This document shows, in pieces, positions 48,898 through 61,644 of a DNA stretch of 64,000 bases. A model generated the notes under the pieces. It was not told the origin of the DNA. It did no database searches and worked only from the letters and a program-made list of their open reading frames with translations. Numbering within the stretch: the first letter of the stretch is position 1; each line of letters begins with the position of its first letter. Made by a program: the position numbers and the translations under genes. Source of the stretch: Leucoraja erinacea (taxonomy: Eukaryota); the NCBI RefSeq assembly GCF_028641065.1, contig NC_073391.1:36022001-36086000 (forward strand). Reading direction: 5' to 3'.

Positions 48898-49960
48898 GAC
48901 AGTGAATGATCAGCCCCTGGGGGTATTGTAGAGCAGAGGGATCTTAGCGTACAGTTACACACTTCCCTGAAAAGTGGTGTCACAGGTAGAGAGAAAGCCT
49001 AGAAAGTAACGGCTTTTGGTACATTAGCCTTCATCAGCCAGGGTACTGAGTATAGAAGTCGGGACATAGAACACAGAATAGTATAGCATAAGAACAATGT
49101 CTGTGCTGAACATGGTGACAAAACAATTCTTATCTAACTGTGCAAAATCGATATCCCTCCATTCCCTGCATATCCGTATGCTTATCCAAAAGCCTCTTAA
49201 ATGCCACTGTCATATCTGCCACGACCACCAACTCTGGCAGAAAGTTCCAGGCACTCACCACCCTCTTTTAAAAAAAAAAAAGTTGCTCTGCACATCTCCT
49301 TTACACTTTGTCTCTCTGTTTAAAGCTATACCTTCTAGGATTTTATTTTTCCATCCTGGAAAAATAATTCTGACTGGCCTATCTATGCCTCAAATAATTG
49401 TATATACTTCTATCATGTCTCCCCGCATCCACCTACGTCCAACCTCTCCCTGGAACCTTCTAATGCTAGCAACATTCTGATAAAGCTTCTCTGCACCTTT
49501 CCAAAGCCTCCACATTCTTCCTGTAATGGGGTGACCAGAACTGCACACAACATTCTAAATGTGGCCTAACCAAAGTTCTATAAAGCTGCATCATGACATC
49601 CTGAACCTTATCTCAACCTATGAGAGCAAGCATACCTTATGCCTTCTTTATGGATGTTATGTTACAATTGTGCAATACGAATGTGAGATTACATTTGGAG
49701 TATTTAGAGTATTATTCTGTTTTTAGTTACCCTGCTACAGGGAGGAGACCATTAAACTGGAAAGGATGCAGAGAAGATTTACGAGGGTATTGCGAGGACC
49801 TGAGGGCTTGAGCTATAGGGAGAAGTTGGGCAAGCTAAGACTTTATTCCATGGAGTACATGAGGCTGAAAGATGATCTTACAGAGGGGAATAGATAGTGG
49901 GTGTATGGAACGTGCAGCCAGAAGAGGTGGTTGAGGCAGGTACTATAACATCATTTAAAA
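48898..49960. mobile_element. CR1 fragment (+) interrupted by an inverted CR1 3' fragment (-, ~49065-49650)
   Basis: The plus-strand remnant breaks at ...tatagaagtcggga and resumes at ggatgttatgttacaattg. The intervening sequence matches 22672-23210. Confidence 0.7.
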
Positions 49961-50041
49961 GTGAGGAGAGGTAAAACATTTCTGAGAAGATCTTGGCAGT
50001 TGAATACATGAATATTAATGCTGCAGCCATTGAATTCTGAA

Positions 50042-50223
50042 AGGGATGGCACAGTGTCGCAGTGGTAGAGTTGCTGCCTTACAGGTTTCTTGGTTAATTG
50101 GCTTGGTATAAGTGTAAATTGTCCCTAGTGTGTGTAGGATGGTGTTAATGTGTGTGGATTGCTGGTCGGTGCGGATTCGGTGGGCCGAGGGGTCTGTTTC
50201 TGCTATATCTCTAAACTAAACTA
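50042..50223 (+). mobile_element. HE1-like SINE, internally deleted
   Basis: Head ggcacagtgtcgcagtggtagagttgctgccttacag joined directly to the tail ending ctctaaactaaact. Confidence 0.75.
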
Positions 50224-50919
50224 TTCCAAATGACTGAATTGGAGGAGCTTATTATCTTTTAGGCTGATGGGGAATGGAGGGATTGGAAACAAGGACGAGG
50301 ATTTTGAAGGTGGGGCATTACTTAATTTAGTTAAGAAGCACAGAGGGGATGAGGATAATGCAAAAAGTGAGCTAGGAAATTGGCAGCAGAGATGAATTAG
50401 CTGACCTTCACAGAGCCAAGAAACGGCTTACAAGGCGTGTTTGTCAAGGAAGATGAGCCATACGTGTAGAGCATCATACTACTGCTAAAAACACAACACG
50501 GAGATACAGTCGGTGCTGGCACAAGAGTACGTACGTTTTGGACAGATGAATTTAGGGTATTGACATTGGTATATTACTAACATGCCTATACTTACTGGAC
50601 ACACACCGGCATCTACTGTACTGATAATCACATATCAACATTACCAACACACATACTCTGCAACCATGGCTTTTGTTTATATACAGAACTATACAGATAC
50701 AGTGCTGACACACGCCACTAAAAGAACATGTTTGCTTTATTGATTACACCACATACTTCTGTACTCACGTAAGTGAAGCACAAATACTCATGCGACTATC
50801 ATGCACGCCCGCAGTACTGGCACTGAATTATAATATTGGTATATGGTGTTCTGACAGAACCATATTTACAGTGCTGGTATGGATAAGCAGAGGCTGGAAT
50901 ATATGTGCAAACATCTTAG

Positions 50920-51545
50920 GAGGTGGCACAGTGGGTCAGCGGCGAAGTTGCTGCTTTACAGCTCCAGAGACCCGGGTTCTATCCTGACTACTAGTGTTAT
51001 ATGTACTGAGTTTGTACATCCTCCCTGTGACCGCAGGGTCTGAAGAAGGGTTCTGACCCAAAACATCACCCATCCTTTTTCTCCAGAGATGCTGCCTGAC
51101 CTGCTTAGTTACTCCATCACTTTGTGTTTATCTACCTGTGACCACGTGGGTTTTTTCCGGGTGCTCGGGTTTCTTCCCACATTCCAAAAACATATAGATT
51201 TGTAGGTTGCCCCCTCTCTGTGATTTCCCCCCCTGCTCTCCTGCCCCCTCTCCCCCCCCCCCCCTGCCCTCCTGCCCCCTCTCTGTGATTCCCCCCCTGC
51301 CCTCCACCTATTTCCTTCGCTCCATAGATGCTGCTGCACCCGCTGAGTTTCTCCAGCGTTTTTGTGTACCTTCGATTTTCCAGCATCTGCAGTTCCTTCT
51401 TGAATACATAGATTTGTAGGTTAATTAGCTTCTGTAAATTGTCCCTAGGGTGTAGGATAGAACTAGTGTACGAGGTGATCGTTGGTCGGCACGGACTCGG
51501 TGGGACAAATGGCCTGGTTTCATGTTGTATCTCTAAAATACTAAA
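50920..51545 (+). mobile_element. HE1-like SINE carrying two PLE mini-element insertions
   Basis: Insert 1 is flanked by CCTGTGACC (51024-51032 / 51135-51143). Insert 2 is flanked by ATAGATTTGTAGGTT (51194-51208 / 51408-51422). Confidence 0.85.
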
Positions 51546-52084
51546 AACATCTGTGTCATATGGGGGTCAATGCCATAAAGGCCATGGAATTTATAACAAT
51601 AAGTTATGTGAAATATTCCACTCCAATAATTATGTCAGCGTTCGTGCTGACCTTGAAATGACCTCCCCACAGCCTTGCAGCCCTACCTGAAGATTTTGGG
51701 TTGAAGAAATATATTAAATTGTCCTCTAAGATAGAAGGCAACAAGTGGAATTTTGTGCTGAATATGAACTCCCTCCATTAGCATCAAACCTGCAGAGTTA
51801 AGACTTGGTTCAGCCACCAACTTGAAGCCAAGCAAACTCAGAAATAGTTGGAAGTTATTTCTTTCCTGGTGCCAAATGTGCAGCCTTGTAACATTGTCCA
51901 CTGGCATTTATATTTTGTTCTATGGCTGAGCACTCAGATTTCCTTTTACTTTTGTGACTTTATTATAACTGTGTTCATTTCAGTAAACTATATTATTTTA
52001 TTTAACTTGTGAGCACAAAGATCCAATTGTAAAGTTAAAGGTCCGTAATATAATCTAAGCTTTGTTTTATTGTTTGCAGGCAAA

Positions 52085-52186
52085 ATGACATCTGTGGCCC
52101 TGAATGTTCCACTGAAAATGGACACAAAGGACCTCCAGATCAAAACCTTAACAGTGGAAAGATTGATTCAGCCTTTGATATTGCAG
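52085..52186 (+). CDS. CTNNA3: Catenin alpha-3 (alphaT-catenin) first coding exon; acceptor AG at 52078-52079
   Basis: MTSVALNVPLKMDTKDLQIKTLTVERLIQPLILQ, an alpha-catenin N-terminus. Donor CAG|GTTAGG. Syntenic with DNAJC12 and SIRT1. Confidence 0.9.
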
Positions 52187-55100
52187 GTTAGGCTTTGCAT
52201 TTTCTAACAAACCATCAGCACGTGTAGGCTGCTCTGCTATAAAGATCTTTTATACTTTTATAAATCAGGGACATTCGGCAAAAACTCCATAAACCCATTG
52301 CTCCTCCCATCACCCCTCTACCACCCACCCCCCCCCCCCCCCCCCCCCCCCCCCCAAATAACGTGGACTGCACACGGCCTACAGCGGTGGAGCAATGGAC
52401 GAGGAGCGGTGGAAGAAACCGCAGCTATGTGTGGCCAGGTAGACCCTGCAATGCTGCCAGAAATTGGGAGAGATGAAGATTCCTGGTCGGAATGAAAAAA
52501 ACTCGGTATCATGTTAAACTTAGTATTCTTTGAGATGACGGAGACATAAAAGGAGGGAACCGAGGAAATTGAGACTCATCACTCGGTTGAAGAGAAATGA
52601 GTCTGTTGGGATGAAGAAATTGTTCACCTTAACTCAAATTAATCTGCAAACTCCATGAAGAATTATGCTGAAAATTTAGTTGTTGATGGAGCTCGGCTTG
52701 TTTCTCAGAGCGCTATTTGGCCCTCTGCACCAGTTAAGATCTTACCGGGATAGTTTTGGAATAAATCTAAATGCACCTACACACAAAGATAAAATTCTGT
52801 GCAATTGTACACTGTCGGGAAGCATCCCCACCATCAACCACAGAAACCGAGGGCTACCCTTCAGTTCGTAAGGGTGCTAGTGGCCGACTTGAAGGAAGAC
52901 CTGGCAGATCGCCCATAGCTACTGAAGGTGGTAGGACCGGCTTGCTGCCCTAAAGAAGGAAGGACCTAGCTGGCTTCTGCCTGTTGTGGGGAGCTCGGAA
53001 GCTGCCGAGCTCGGCTCCAAAGACAGAAGAATCAAGTAGGAGAGAGCCGCTGGTGATGGTGGATGTGAGGAATGGGGCCCCTAGGAGAGGGACTAGGGTA
53101 TTGCCTCCAGCGCCTTCAAGGTCGGCTACCCTGGGACACAGAGGCGGTCTGGTGAGGAGAGGGCGACAGAGGAGGCCCAGCATGGCCTGGGGCTAACCTG
53201 GATCGGGAGCTGCTCCACAACACTGATCACGCGGACAGGACTTTGGACTTTCCCGTAAATGGTGCCAAAATATGGCAATTCATACACACGTGAATTATGC
53301 AAAGACAATTTCACTGCACAGTGTATATGTGACAATAAAGTACCATTGAGACAACATTCTTCCTGCTCACCAACCCACACCATATTACTCGCAACATGAT
53401 CTCTTTGGATCATGGCTATGGAATTATGGGGCAGAAGAAAAAGGAATATCAAAGATTTTGTTGTTTTTAGTCAACATAGCTGGAGACAAAAGGAGCAATC
53501 TATAAACATCTATATGCTTTGTTTTCAAATCTCTTGGCAATGCTGAACAATTATATTTTGCAGGACGTTTATTTTGCAGGACGTTTGTAGGGAGCATGTG
53601 CCTACAAAATGCTGACAAACTGCAGAGTCGCTGAAATAGTATACAGCTACTCTGATTTCACTGAATAGCATGATTTTATATTCACATGGATCTATAACTG
53701 GCTAACTCAGCATCCAGTCACAAAAGACAACTATGCCAGATTCCCCAAGTTGCACAATGGTCAAATGATGTTGACTTTTCAAAAGGCTTTGAAGCCAGCC
53801 TAATGACTAGCAGTATCAGAGATTACCTGCACAAACTGAGCTACAGGCATGGTGTGGTTTTGATCTCCATCTATAAGGGTATACTTACATTGGAAGGAAT
53901 GCACAGAAGATGACTACATTAATTTCTGTGATGTGAAAGATCGTGTGGATCGGACCTAATTATTAGAGTGGTGAATATTGAAGATTCTGAGGGAACTTGA
54001 CAGGGAGGATGATGTGAGGTGTTTCTCCGAGTGGTTGGATCTAGAAATAGGGATCGTAGCCCACGGGTTCGTTAAAGAATGAGATGTGGTGTGTATGAAA
54101 AGGGTTTTGATACACCAACAGAAATTTTAGATTGCCCTCTCAAGATACCATGAACATTTTTTCCACAATTATTTGCACCACTTCTACTCCCCACCTTATT
54201 TGAGACCCTCCTGGGGTAACCAGGAGCAAGGGGAGATCAGTCGTGCATGTTTTGCTGGAGGCTTTCCAAGATAAGTAGGATGAAGGGAACAGACCAACAA
54301 CAGAAATGCAACAAAAGCTTTTCAGGCCAAGGGGAGCTGTGGTTGCTCTAGGACAAGGAAAGGCTGGAGGGACAGATCCAAGAAGAGCTCCAGATGACTG
54401 GAGAACATTGTGCTGTTGTTTGATCAGGGAGGAAGGGACCAATAAACAGTTGCAGGCCATACAAATAAAATAAAACTGCAGATGCTGGAAATCTGAACTG
54501 ATACCAAATGATGGAAACACTCAGCAGGTCAGGCAGCATCCAAGTAAGGAAAATGAGAATTAACATTCCAGGAAAAGACCCTTTGTCATAATTGGAAAAT
54601 AGAGAAAACAAGTGATGTTTCAGTTGCAGAGGTGAAGAGATGGGTAGGATAAAAAGAATGCCTGTGATAGAGTGAGGTGAGGATTGCCATGGAGATTTGT
54701 TGTGTGGGGCAAGTTTTTTACACGGTGTGAGTGCCCGGAATGTGCTGACAGGGTTGGAGGTTGAAGCAGATACGTTTGCGTATTTAAGAATTCGTATGTG
54801 CAGTGTATGGAGGGATAGGAGTTATGTAAAGGTAGATAAGTGATGATCATTGTAGGTGAAAGGCCTGTTTGGCATAGACATTGTAGGTGAAAGGCCTGTT
54901 CTTGTGCTGCACTATTTCTGTTCTATGATCTAACCAGTACACATTGAGCCCCACTGCAATACTTCCTTTGAGGACACTGATGGCCTGTTCTCACATACCC
55001 CTTAAACACACTGGGAACCATTCTCACACATGAGGGCCCCGTTCTCATGCATCCTTTAAGCAAATTATTATACCACAGTATGACATTTAAGTCTAGATTA

Positions 55101-55274
55101 ATTCAATGTGGCTTGGTGTATTAATAGAAGTAACATTGCAATATGCAACGGACTAGACAATCTGCTCATCGAGCAGATCCAGAGTCCTGAGTGTGCCAGA
55201 TTGTTGGAGTTTTTTCTGTATCTCGGTACGCTACTTTACTACATGGAAAATGCAATCTGTTGTTTACAATCTAG

Positions 55275-55467
55275 GTCACAACTTTAGTTAACTGCGTCAG
55301 AGATCCTTCAAAGAAGAAAAAGGGACGATCAAAGAGAGCTAGTGTACTTCTGGCATCAGTGGAGGAAGCCACAAATAACCTGATTGAAAAGGGGGATCAG
55401 ATTGCCAAGGACACCACTTATCTGAAGATGGAACTTACTGAAGCAGTTCAGGATGTACGTAGAGAAG
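55275..55467 (+). CDS. CTNNA3: Catenin alpha-3 second coding exon (193 nt); the gene continues beyond the window
   Basis: VTTLVNCVRDPSKKKKGRSKRASVLLASVEEATNNLIEKGDQIAKDTTYLKMELTEAVQDVRRE. LVNC and SKRASVLLASVEEAT are CTNNA3-type rather than CTNNA1/2-type (SKKAHVLA.SVEQAT). Confidence 0.93.
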
Positions 55468-55554
55468 GTGAGAATGCTGTTTGTAATGTTCATCTAAACA
55501 TACCTCACATGCTGGAATAAAGTATTTTCGATGACAATCAATTATAGCTTAGAA

Positions 55555-56295
55555 TATAGAACATAGAACAGTACAACACCGGAATAGGCCCTTTGGCCTA
55601 CAATATTTGTTTGGTTTTAGTTTAGTATAGTTTAGTTTATTGTCACGTATACCAAGGTACAGTGAAAAGTTTTTGTTAAGTGCTTACCAGTCAGCGGAAA
55701 GACAATACATGATTACAATTGAACCATCCGCAGTGTACAGATACACGATAAAGGAAATTGGGCGAAGTAACGTTTAATGCAAGATAAAGCCAGAAAGATC
55801 TGATCAAAGATAGTCCGAGGGTTTCCAATGAGGTAGATTGTAGATAGGATGGTTCAAATGCCTGATAACAGCTGGGAGGTAACTGTCCCTGAAACTGTGT
55901 ACAAGAAACTGTGCCAAACATGATGCCCAGTTAAACTGATCTTATCTACCTGTACATAATCTACACCCCTCTATTCTCTGCCCTTGCAAGTCCCTATCTA
56001 AGATCCTCTTAAATGCCACTATCGTATCTGCCTCCAGCATTAACCCTGCCAATGCATTCAAGGTCCCCACTACTTTCTGTGTAAAAAAAACTTGCCCTCT
56101 CACACATTCTTATGCCCTCTCATGTTGGCCATTTCCACCCTGGGGAAAAAAGTTCTGACTGTCTACCCTATCTATGCCTCTCATAATTGTATATGATTTC
56201 ATCAAGTTTCCCTTCAATCTCCTACATTCCAGAGAAAACAATCTAAGTCTATCCAACCCCTCCCTGTAGCTGAAACCCTTTAATCCCGACAGAAT
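55555..56295 (-). mobile_element. CR1 3' fragment with a nested Rex-type tail (~55612-55895)
   Basis: The CR1 tail breaks at caatatttgt and resumes at gtgccaaacatgatgcc. The insert has a (TTTAG)n/tttattgtcac tail. Confidence 0.65.
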
Positions 56296-57984
56296 TTTGA
56301 TGAAAGGAGGAATAATGTGTGAATTGTGTGTGGATTTATAACGTATTTGTTTCTATAATGTGATATACTTAATTGTTCTGATAACTTTAACCTTCATGAG
56401 GCTGCTTTATGCATTTCTCATATGGACCACTGGCCAAAATGTAATAGGCAATGTATGAGGAACCAGGTGTAAGGATTCTGGAAAAATTGAATGTTGCTAG
56501 AAAATGTACTTGAATTCAATTAATTAATTATTCTGCACTCCTTTGCAATTGTGAAGGGCATGCACAAATCAATGATATGACATTATTATGGTTTTACCAT
56601 TGGCAGTGCTAAATGTACTATTTGTATCATGGTACATATTCACAGGGTGCAACCGATGGTGTTGAGTTCCAGTTGAAATTAGCTGGCGATAATTAAAGTT
56701 GCATCTGCAACTAAAAGGGGTCTTTGCTAGGTCTTGCACCAAAATGTAAACACTTGTTGTTGTTCACAACAGTACCTTCCCCTCAAATGACCCCCGGCAG
56801 ATGTATAGGAACACCATCAATTGCAGGTTCCCTTCCAACTCGTATACCATCCTGACTTGGAAATACATATCTGTTAATTTTTCACTGCTAGTTTCAAATC
56901 TTGAAACTATCCGTGTACGGAACAGTAGAAATGCATTCTCCAGTTGGTCTGCAGTTGTTCAAGAAGACAGCTCACCACCATCTTCTCGAGGGCAATTGCG
57001 AAGACCCGACAAGTGTTGGTGTTACCAGTGAAACTCATATTATGGACAATAAACTAAAACAAAGTCAGACAAGTATTTTGACCTTTATCTGGGGCATCAG
57101 TCTGAGTTCTGTATTATGTTGAGGATCTGTCTACATTTGTTACTCTTAACTCAAGCACTTTGCTGTTCATGGCAGTAACTTGGCACATTAGTATGAATGT
57201 CTTTCTGTAGGAAGGAATGAAATGTGAGCAGCCCACGAAAGCTTCTAAATATAGGTGCCATTGCTGGCAGCTTGTGGGAGATTGGAGTGCGGGTAGTGTT
57301 CAGCTTTGGTTGGAATGCAGTAAGTGGTCTGGTCGCTCTAATCACATTGAAGTGGAGTGCCTCAGAAGGAGCAGATAGTTTTCCCTAAATGGGCTGAGAT
57401 AGAATCTGGCCTTTTCCAAGTGATCTTAAAGTTACCCAACTTTGAAATTCTATTGCACGGCACAACGCTGATATGCACCGCAATACCTATTTTCGGCTGC
57501 AGTAGAAACTTGCTACCGTGATTTTCATTCACACATGTGGCCCACTGTGGCCTTACTCATTGAGAACCAAAACTGGAAAATGCTGGGAAGGCTTAGAAGG
57601 GCAGGCAGCATCATTGGGCTGAAGAAACCAAAACGTTTCAGGTCCTTTGTCGGAAATTGTTTCATGAGACATGTGAAGCCTGCATTGACATAAGGTCAAG
57701 CAGTCTGGGATGCCATTACATGTGGTTGATGCTTGGAATTGGCGACAGATAGTTCAAGAGGCTTCAATATCGCCCAACATCCCCGCATCTCTCACAAACA
57801 TCACTTTCCAACCTGGTGACAATCCTGCCCTGCTCTGGTTACCAAGCCCCCACCATTCATCCACCCACCTTGCCTGTTGTCATCATCCTTTGGGCTTTGA
57901 ATACTACTGAATTTTGCGGCACAGTGGTGCCAAAAAAACCTTAATGGAGCTCTAACATGCACATTCAAAGCAAGACTTTCCAGT

Positions 57985-58190
57985 GTGTAGGAATGAACTC
58001 CAGATGCTGGTTTAAATCGGATAGACACAAAACGCTGGAATAACACTGCGGATCAGACAGCATCTCTGGAGAAAAGGAACACAAAGAGCTGGAGTCGGTC
58101 TGAAGAAAGGTCTCGACCCGAAACGCCACCTATTCCTTTTCTCCTGAGATGCTGTCGGACCCGCTGAGTTACACCAGCATTTTGTGTCTA
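57985..58190. mobile_element. PLE-derived inverted-pair mini-element
   Basis: Inverted arms. Plus-strand core GGT CTGAAGA AAGGTCTCGACCC GAAAC GCC ACC. Confidence 0.8.
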
Positions 58191-59514
58191 TTTACAGTGA
58201 ATTTTATGGCCATTGCACAACAGATATGTGCAATATGTTTACTTGTGTGTTATGACCCATCAAATGGAAAGGAGAATTCAACAGAATTATAAAATATGCT
58301 GAGTGATTTATAGCTAGTTTGCACAAGGCTGTTTAACCTGGGATTCCTGGAATATTAGTGCAAGCTGCGCTGAATTAAACAGGAGGAGTTTTGATTTTTA
58401 TTCATTCATCGACTGCACCTTGATTGTGAGGATTGGTTGATATGATGTGAGAAGTGAATCTGATCAATGAAGAGATCACTTTTATTGATCAAGAGAGCTG
58501 TTGCAATGTAGGGTGGTTGTGGCGTTGATTGATTATAGATATGACATCAGGATAGGGGACATGGGTATCGAACATGAGTGGGGATAAGATATCGGACATT
58601 GGAAAATATTAGTTTTTATAAGAACAAATATATCGTCAAGTTGAGTTTATTGCCATATGCACAAGCACGGAGACGTACAGGTATAAATAAAATCTTGCAT
58701 ACAGCATCACCACAGACAAATGAGCTCGGTCAATGCACAAAAACATAAATTATACATAATTTACACACAAATTTTACAACTCGGTGAAAAGAAAAAGAAT
58801 GCAAAAAAACAACGCAGTTAAATAACAAATCCGTGATCGTCCAAAAGACAGTCAGCAATGTTCCTTGGCTGAGGGAGGTTTAAGCTTATGGAAATCAGTT
58901 AAAGAACCTGTTGGTTGCAGAAAGGTAAATGTTCCTGAGTCTGAGGGTGTGGAACTTCAGACCTCTGTACCTCGATGGTGGCATGGGCCAGTGTGGTGAG
59001 GATCCTTGATGTTTGATGCTGCCTTCCCGAGGCAGCAACGCGTATAACTGCCAATCGCAGTCAGGTGGGACTAGTGTGGATAGGGCATATTGATCAGTGT
59101 GGGACAAGTTGTGCCGAAGGACCTGTGTCCATGCTGTACGACTCTATGAGGTGATTTTGGTGGTGGGAAGGGGTGTGCTCATGATGGACCAGGCTGCATT
59201 TAACAGTCTCTGTAGCCCTTTGCATTAGAATTGCCATACCAGACCAATGATGCAACCAGTCAGGATACTTATTCCAGTGCATTTGCAGAAGTTTGTTTGA
59301 GTTTTCAGTGAGATGCTAAATCTCTTCAAACTATGACATTAAGGATGCTGGCAAACCTTCTTTATGATTACTTCTATGTACTAGTCCCAGTACAGGTCAT
59401 CTGAGATCCAGAAATTTGAGCCATATAAATCAGGACCAGATGTATGTAGGCCACTCGATCTCTCCACAAATATTCCACTATCATCACACTATTCCACAAT
59501 AAGATTATGGCTGA

Positions 59515-59744
59515 AGATAGACACAAAATGCTGGCGTAACTCAGCGGGACGCGCAGCATCTCGGGAGAGAAATGGGTGATGTTTCGGGTCAAGACCCTTC
59601 TTCATATCTGAAGTCTGAAGAATGGTCTTGTCCCGAAATGCCACCCTTTCTTTTTCTCCAGAGATGCTGCCTGTCCTGCTAAGTTACTCCAGCATTTTGT
59701 GTCTGTCTTTGGTTTAAACAAGCATCTGCAGTTCCTTCCTACAC
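59515..59744 (+). mobile_element. PLE mini-element: inverted arm, direct arm, 36-nt extension
   Basis: Exact 14-bp TSD AAGATTATGGCTGA at 59501-59514 and 59745-59758. Confidence 0.9.
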
Positions 59745-59930
59745 AAGATTATGGCTGACCTGATTGTAACCTCAATTCTACATTTCACTCCCTTTCTGTC
59801 GCAAACCCACAGTATCTTATGCTTCAATCAAGTCCCCATTCTAAGCTCCAGTGGATTCAAGCTCTGCCTGTCCATTATTTCTTCATTTGGGCAATCCAAA
59901 CATTCTAGATGTTGGTGTAATAATTGGGCA

Positions 59931-60241
59931 CAGGCTGCACAATGGTACGGCGGTAGAGCTTCTGCCTCGTAACTCCAGAGACCCGGGTTCAATTCTGGCT
60001 GTGAGTGCAGCCTGTGCGGAGTTTGCACATTCGCCCTGTGGGTTTACACTGGGTGATTGGGTTTCCTCCCACATTCCAAAAACATGCCGGTTTGTATGTT
60101 AATTAACTTTTGTAAATTGCCCCTAGTGTGTAGGATGCAAAACTGGGATAACATAGAACTAGTGTATGGGTGATCGATGGTCGGCGTGGGCTTAGTAGGC
60201 CAAAGGGCCTGTTTCCAAGCTGTACCTCTAAACTAAACTAA
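59931..60241 (+). mobile_element. HE1/V-SINE-like SINE
   Basis: tRNA-like head (GGTAGAGC..CCGGGTTCAATT), central domain, (CTAAA)n tail. Confidence 0.8.
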
Positions 60242-60399
60242 ATGTTCTTCATTAAATATGGAAACCAAGCTGATCATTCTCTCAGCAATACTCTTTATGT
60301 GAAGCATAAATGCCTTAATTTTCCTGCCAATAAATAAAACTGTTATGTTAGCTTTTCTAATTCCATGGGAATTGATCAACCAGCCTCCTTAATGCATAT

Positions 60400-61155
60400 T
60401 CCTCTAAACCTTTGCTATCCACTTTATTTTATCTCTAGTTACCCTTTTCCCTTACTGTAAAATCTCTTTGGATTCTTCTTATTCCTATCCGCTGGAGCTA
60501 TCTTCTATGTCCTTTTTCACCTCCAATTTCCACAATCCCCTATACTCCTCCATGGATACAGTTGATCTCAGCTGCCCGTACCCGATCCATGCCCCCCTCT
60601 CTTCCCCTCTTCTCGTTAACAGCAATATTTATATCTTGAACTCGTCATCACACTTTTAAAATCATCCAACTTTCTGGACGCTCCTTTACTAAAAATCAAG
60701 CTACCCCTGTCAACTTGAGCAAGTTCTTGTCTAGTTCCATCAAAGTTGACCTTGCTCCAATTTGGAATTTTAACTAGTTGGCCTGCCCTGTCTTTATCCA
60801 TAACTATTTTAAAGCTAATAGAACTGTCCCAAAAGGCTCGCCCACTGACACTTCACTCGCTTACCTAGCCCAATTCACGAAGAGTAGGTCAAGCTTTGCC
60901 CTCTCCCTTATAGAGCCCTCTACATATTGCCTAAGGAACTTTCCTGAACACACTAGACAAATTTCACCCTATCTAATCCCTTGGCACTACGGCAGTCTAA
61001 ACCCCCACAACCACAAACCTATTTATCTTGCAGCTGTCTGCAATCTCCCAGCATATTTGTTCCTCGAATTCCTATTGACAACTTGGGAGCCTATAGGTCG
61101 AGCTTTGCCCAATGCCTTGTATGGCCTTCTATATGGTTCCCTTCCGGGGAACTAT
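60400..61155 (-). mobile_element. Decayed CR1 endonuclease/tether fragment
   Basis: MDKDRAG..VKI.NWSK.NFDG.RQELA.VD, homologous to 36160-36290. Confidence 0.7.
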
Positions 61156-61449
61156 TTGTAAGGCAGTGTCTCTGCAAGTCAGAAATGTCTGTTTTCTACA
61201 GCTATCCATAATATCGGTCTACAATCACTTGCTATATTGTTTTCATGTAATTGAATAACAACCCTAACACTACCCATAATAAAGTTAATGGAATATTTAC
61301 AGTATTCAGTCGTGATAAATACCACAAAACATTTTATTATCTGTATTACCAGCTTGAAAAATGTTTAAAACATGTATTGGAGTAATTTGTCCAAAGCTGG
61401 ATTCCCTTCCATTAGGTGTTTTATCATCCAGGGAGCCCCTGTAATAGTG

Positions 61450-61644
61450 TTCAGGGTACACAAAATTGCTGGAGAAACTCAGCGGGTGCAGCAGCATCTA
61501 TGGAGCAAAGGAAATAGGCGACGTTTTGGGCCGAAACCCTTCTTCAGTCTCAGTCTGAAGAAGGGTTTCGGCCCGAAACGTCGCCTATTTCCTTCACTCC
61601 ATAGATGCTGCTGCACCCGCTGAGTTTCTCCAGCAATTTTGTGT
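61450..61644. mobile_element. Near-perfect palindromic PLE mini-element
   Basis: ~91-bp inverted arms with a 7-nt spacer. Exact 16-bp TSD AGCCCCTGTAATAGTG at 61434-61449 and 61645-61660. Confidence 0.92.
61552..61586 (+). ncRNA. Candidate minimal type I hammerhead ribozyme (PLE-type)
   Basis: CUGAAGA (61555-61561), extra A, stem II GGGU-UUCG-GCCC, GAAA (61575-61578), CGUC with predicted cleavage after 61582. Helix III is reduced to palindromic ACGU and stem I is weak. Confidence 0.6.

Noticed and set aside
54849-54900. Small local duplications (31-bp here; also ~29017-29066 and ~63734-63776)
   Set aside because: Ordinary slippage duplications with no further structure.
4493-61644. Interpreting the recurring arm repeats as a CRISPR array or as DNA-transposon MITEs
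   Set aside because: Eukaryotic and dispersed, with no spacers. TSD lengths vary from 9 to 18 bp, solo arms occur, and a PLE ORF remnant is attached.
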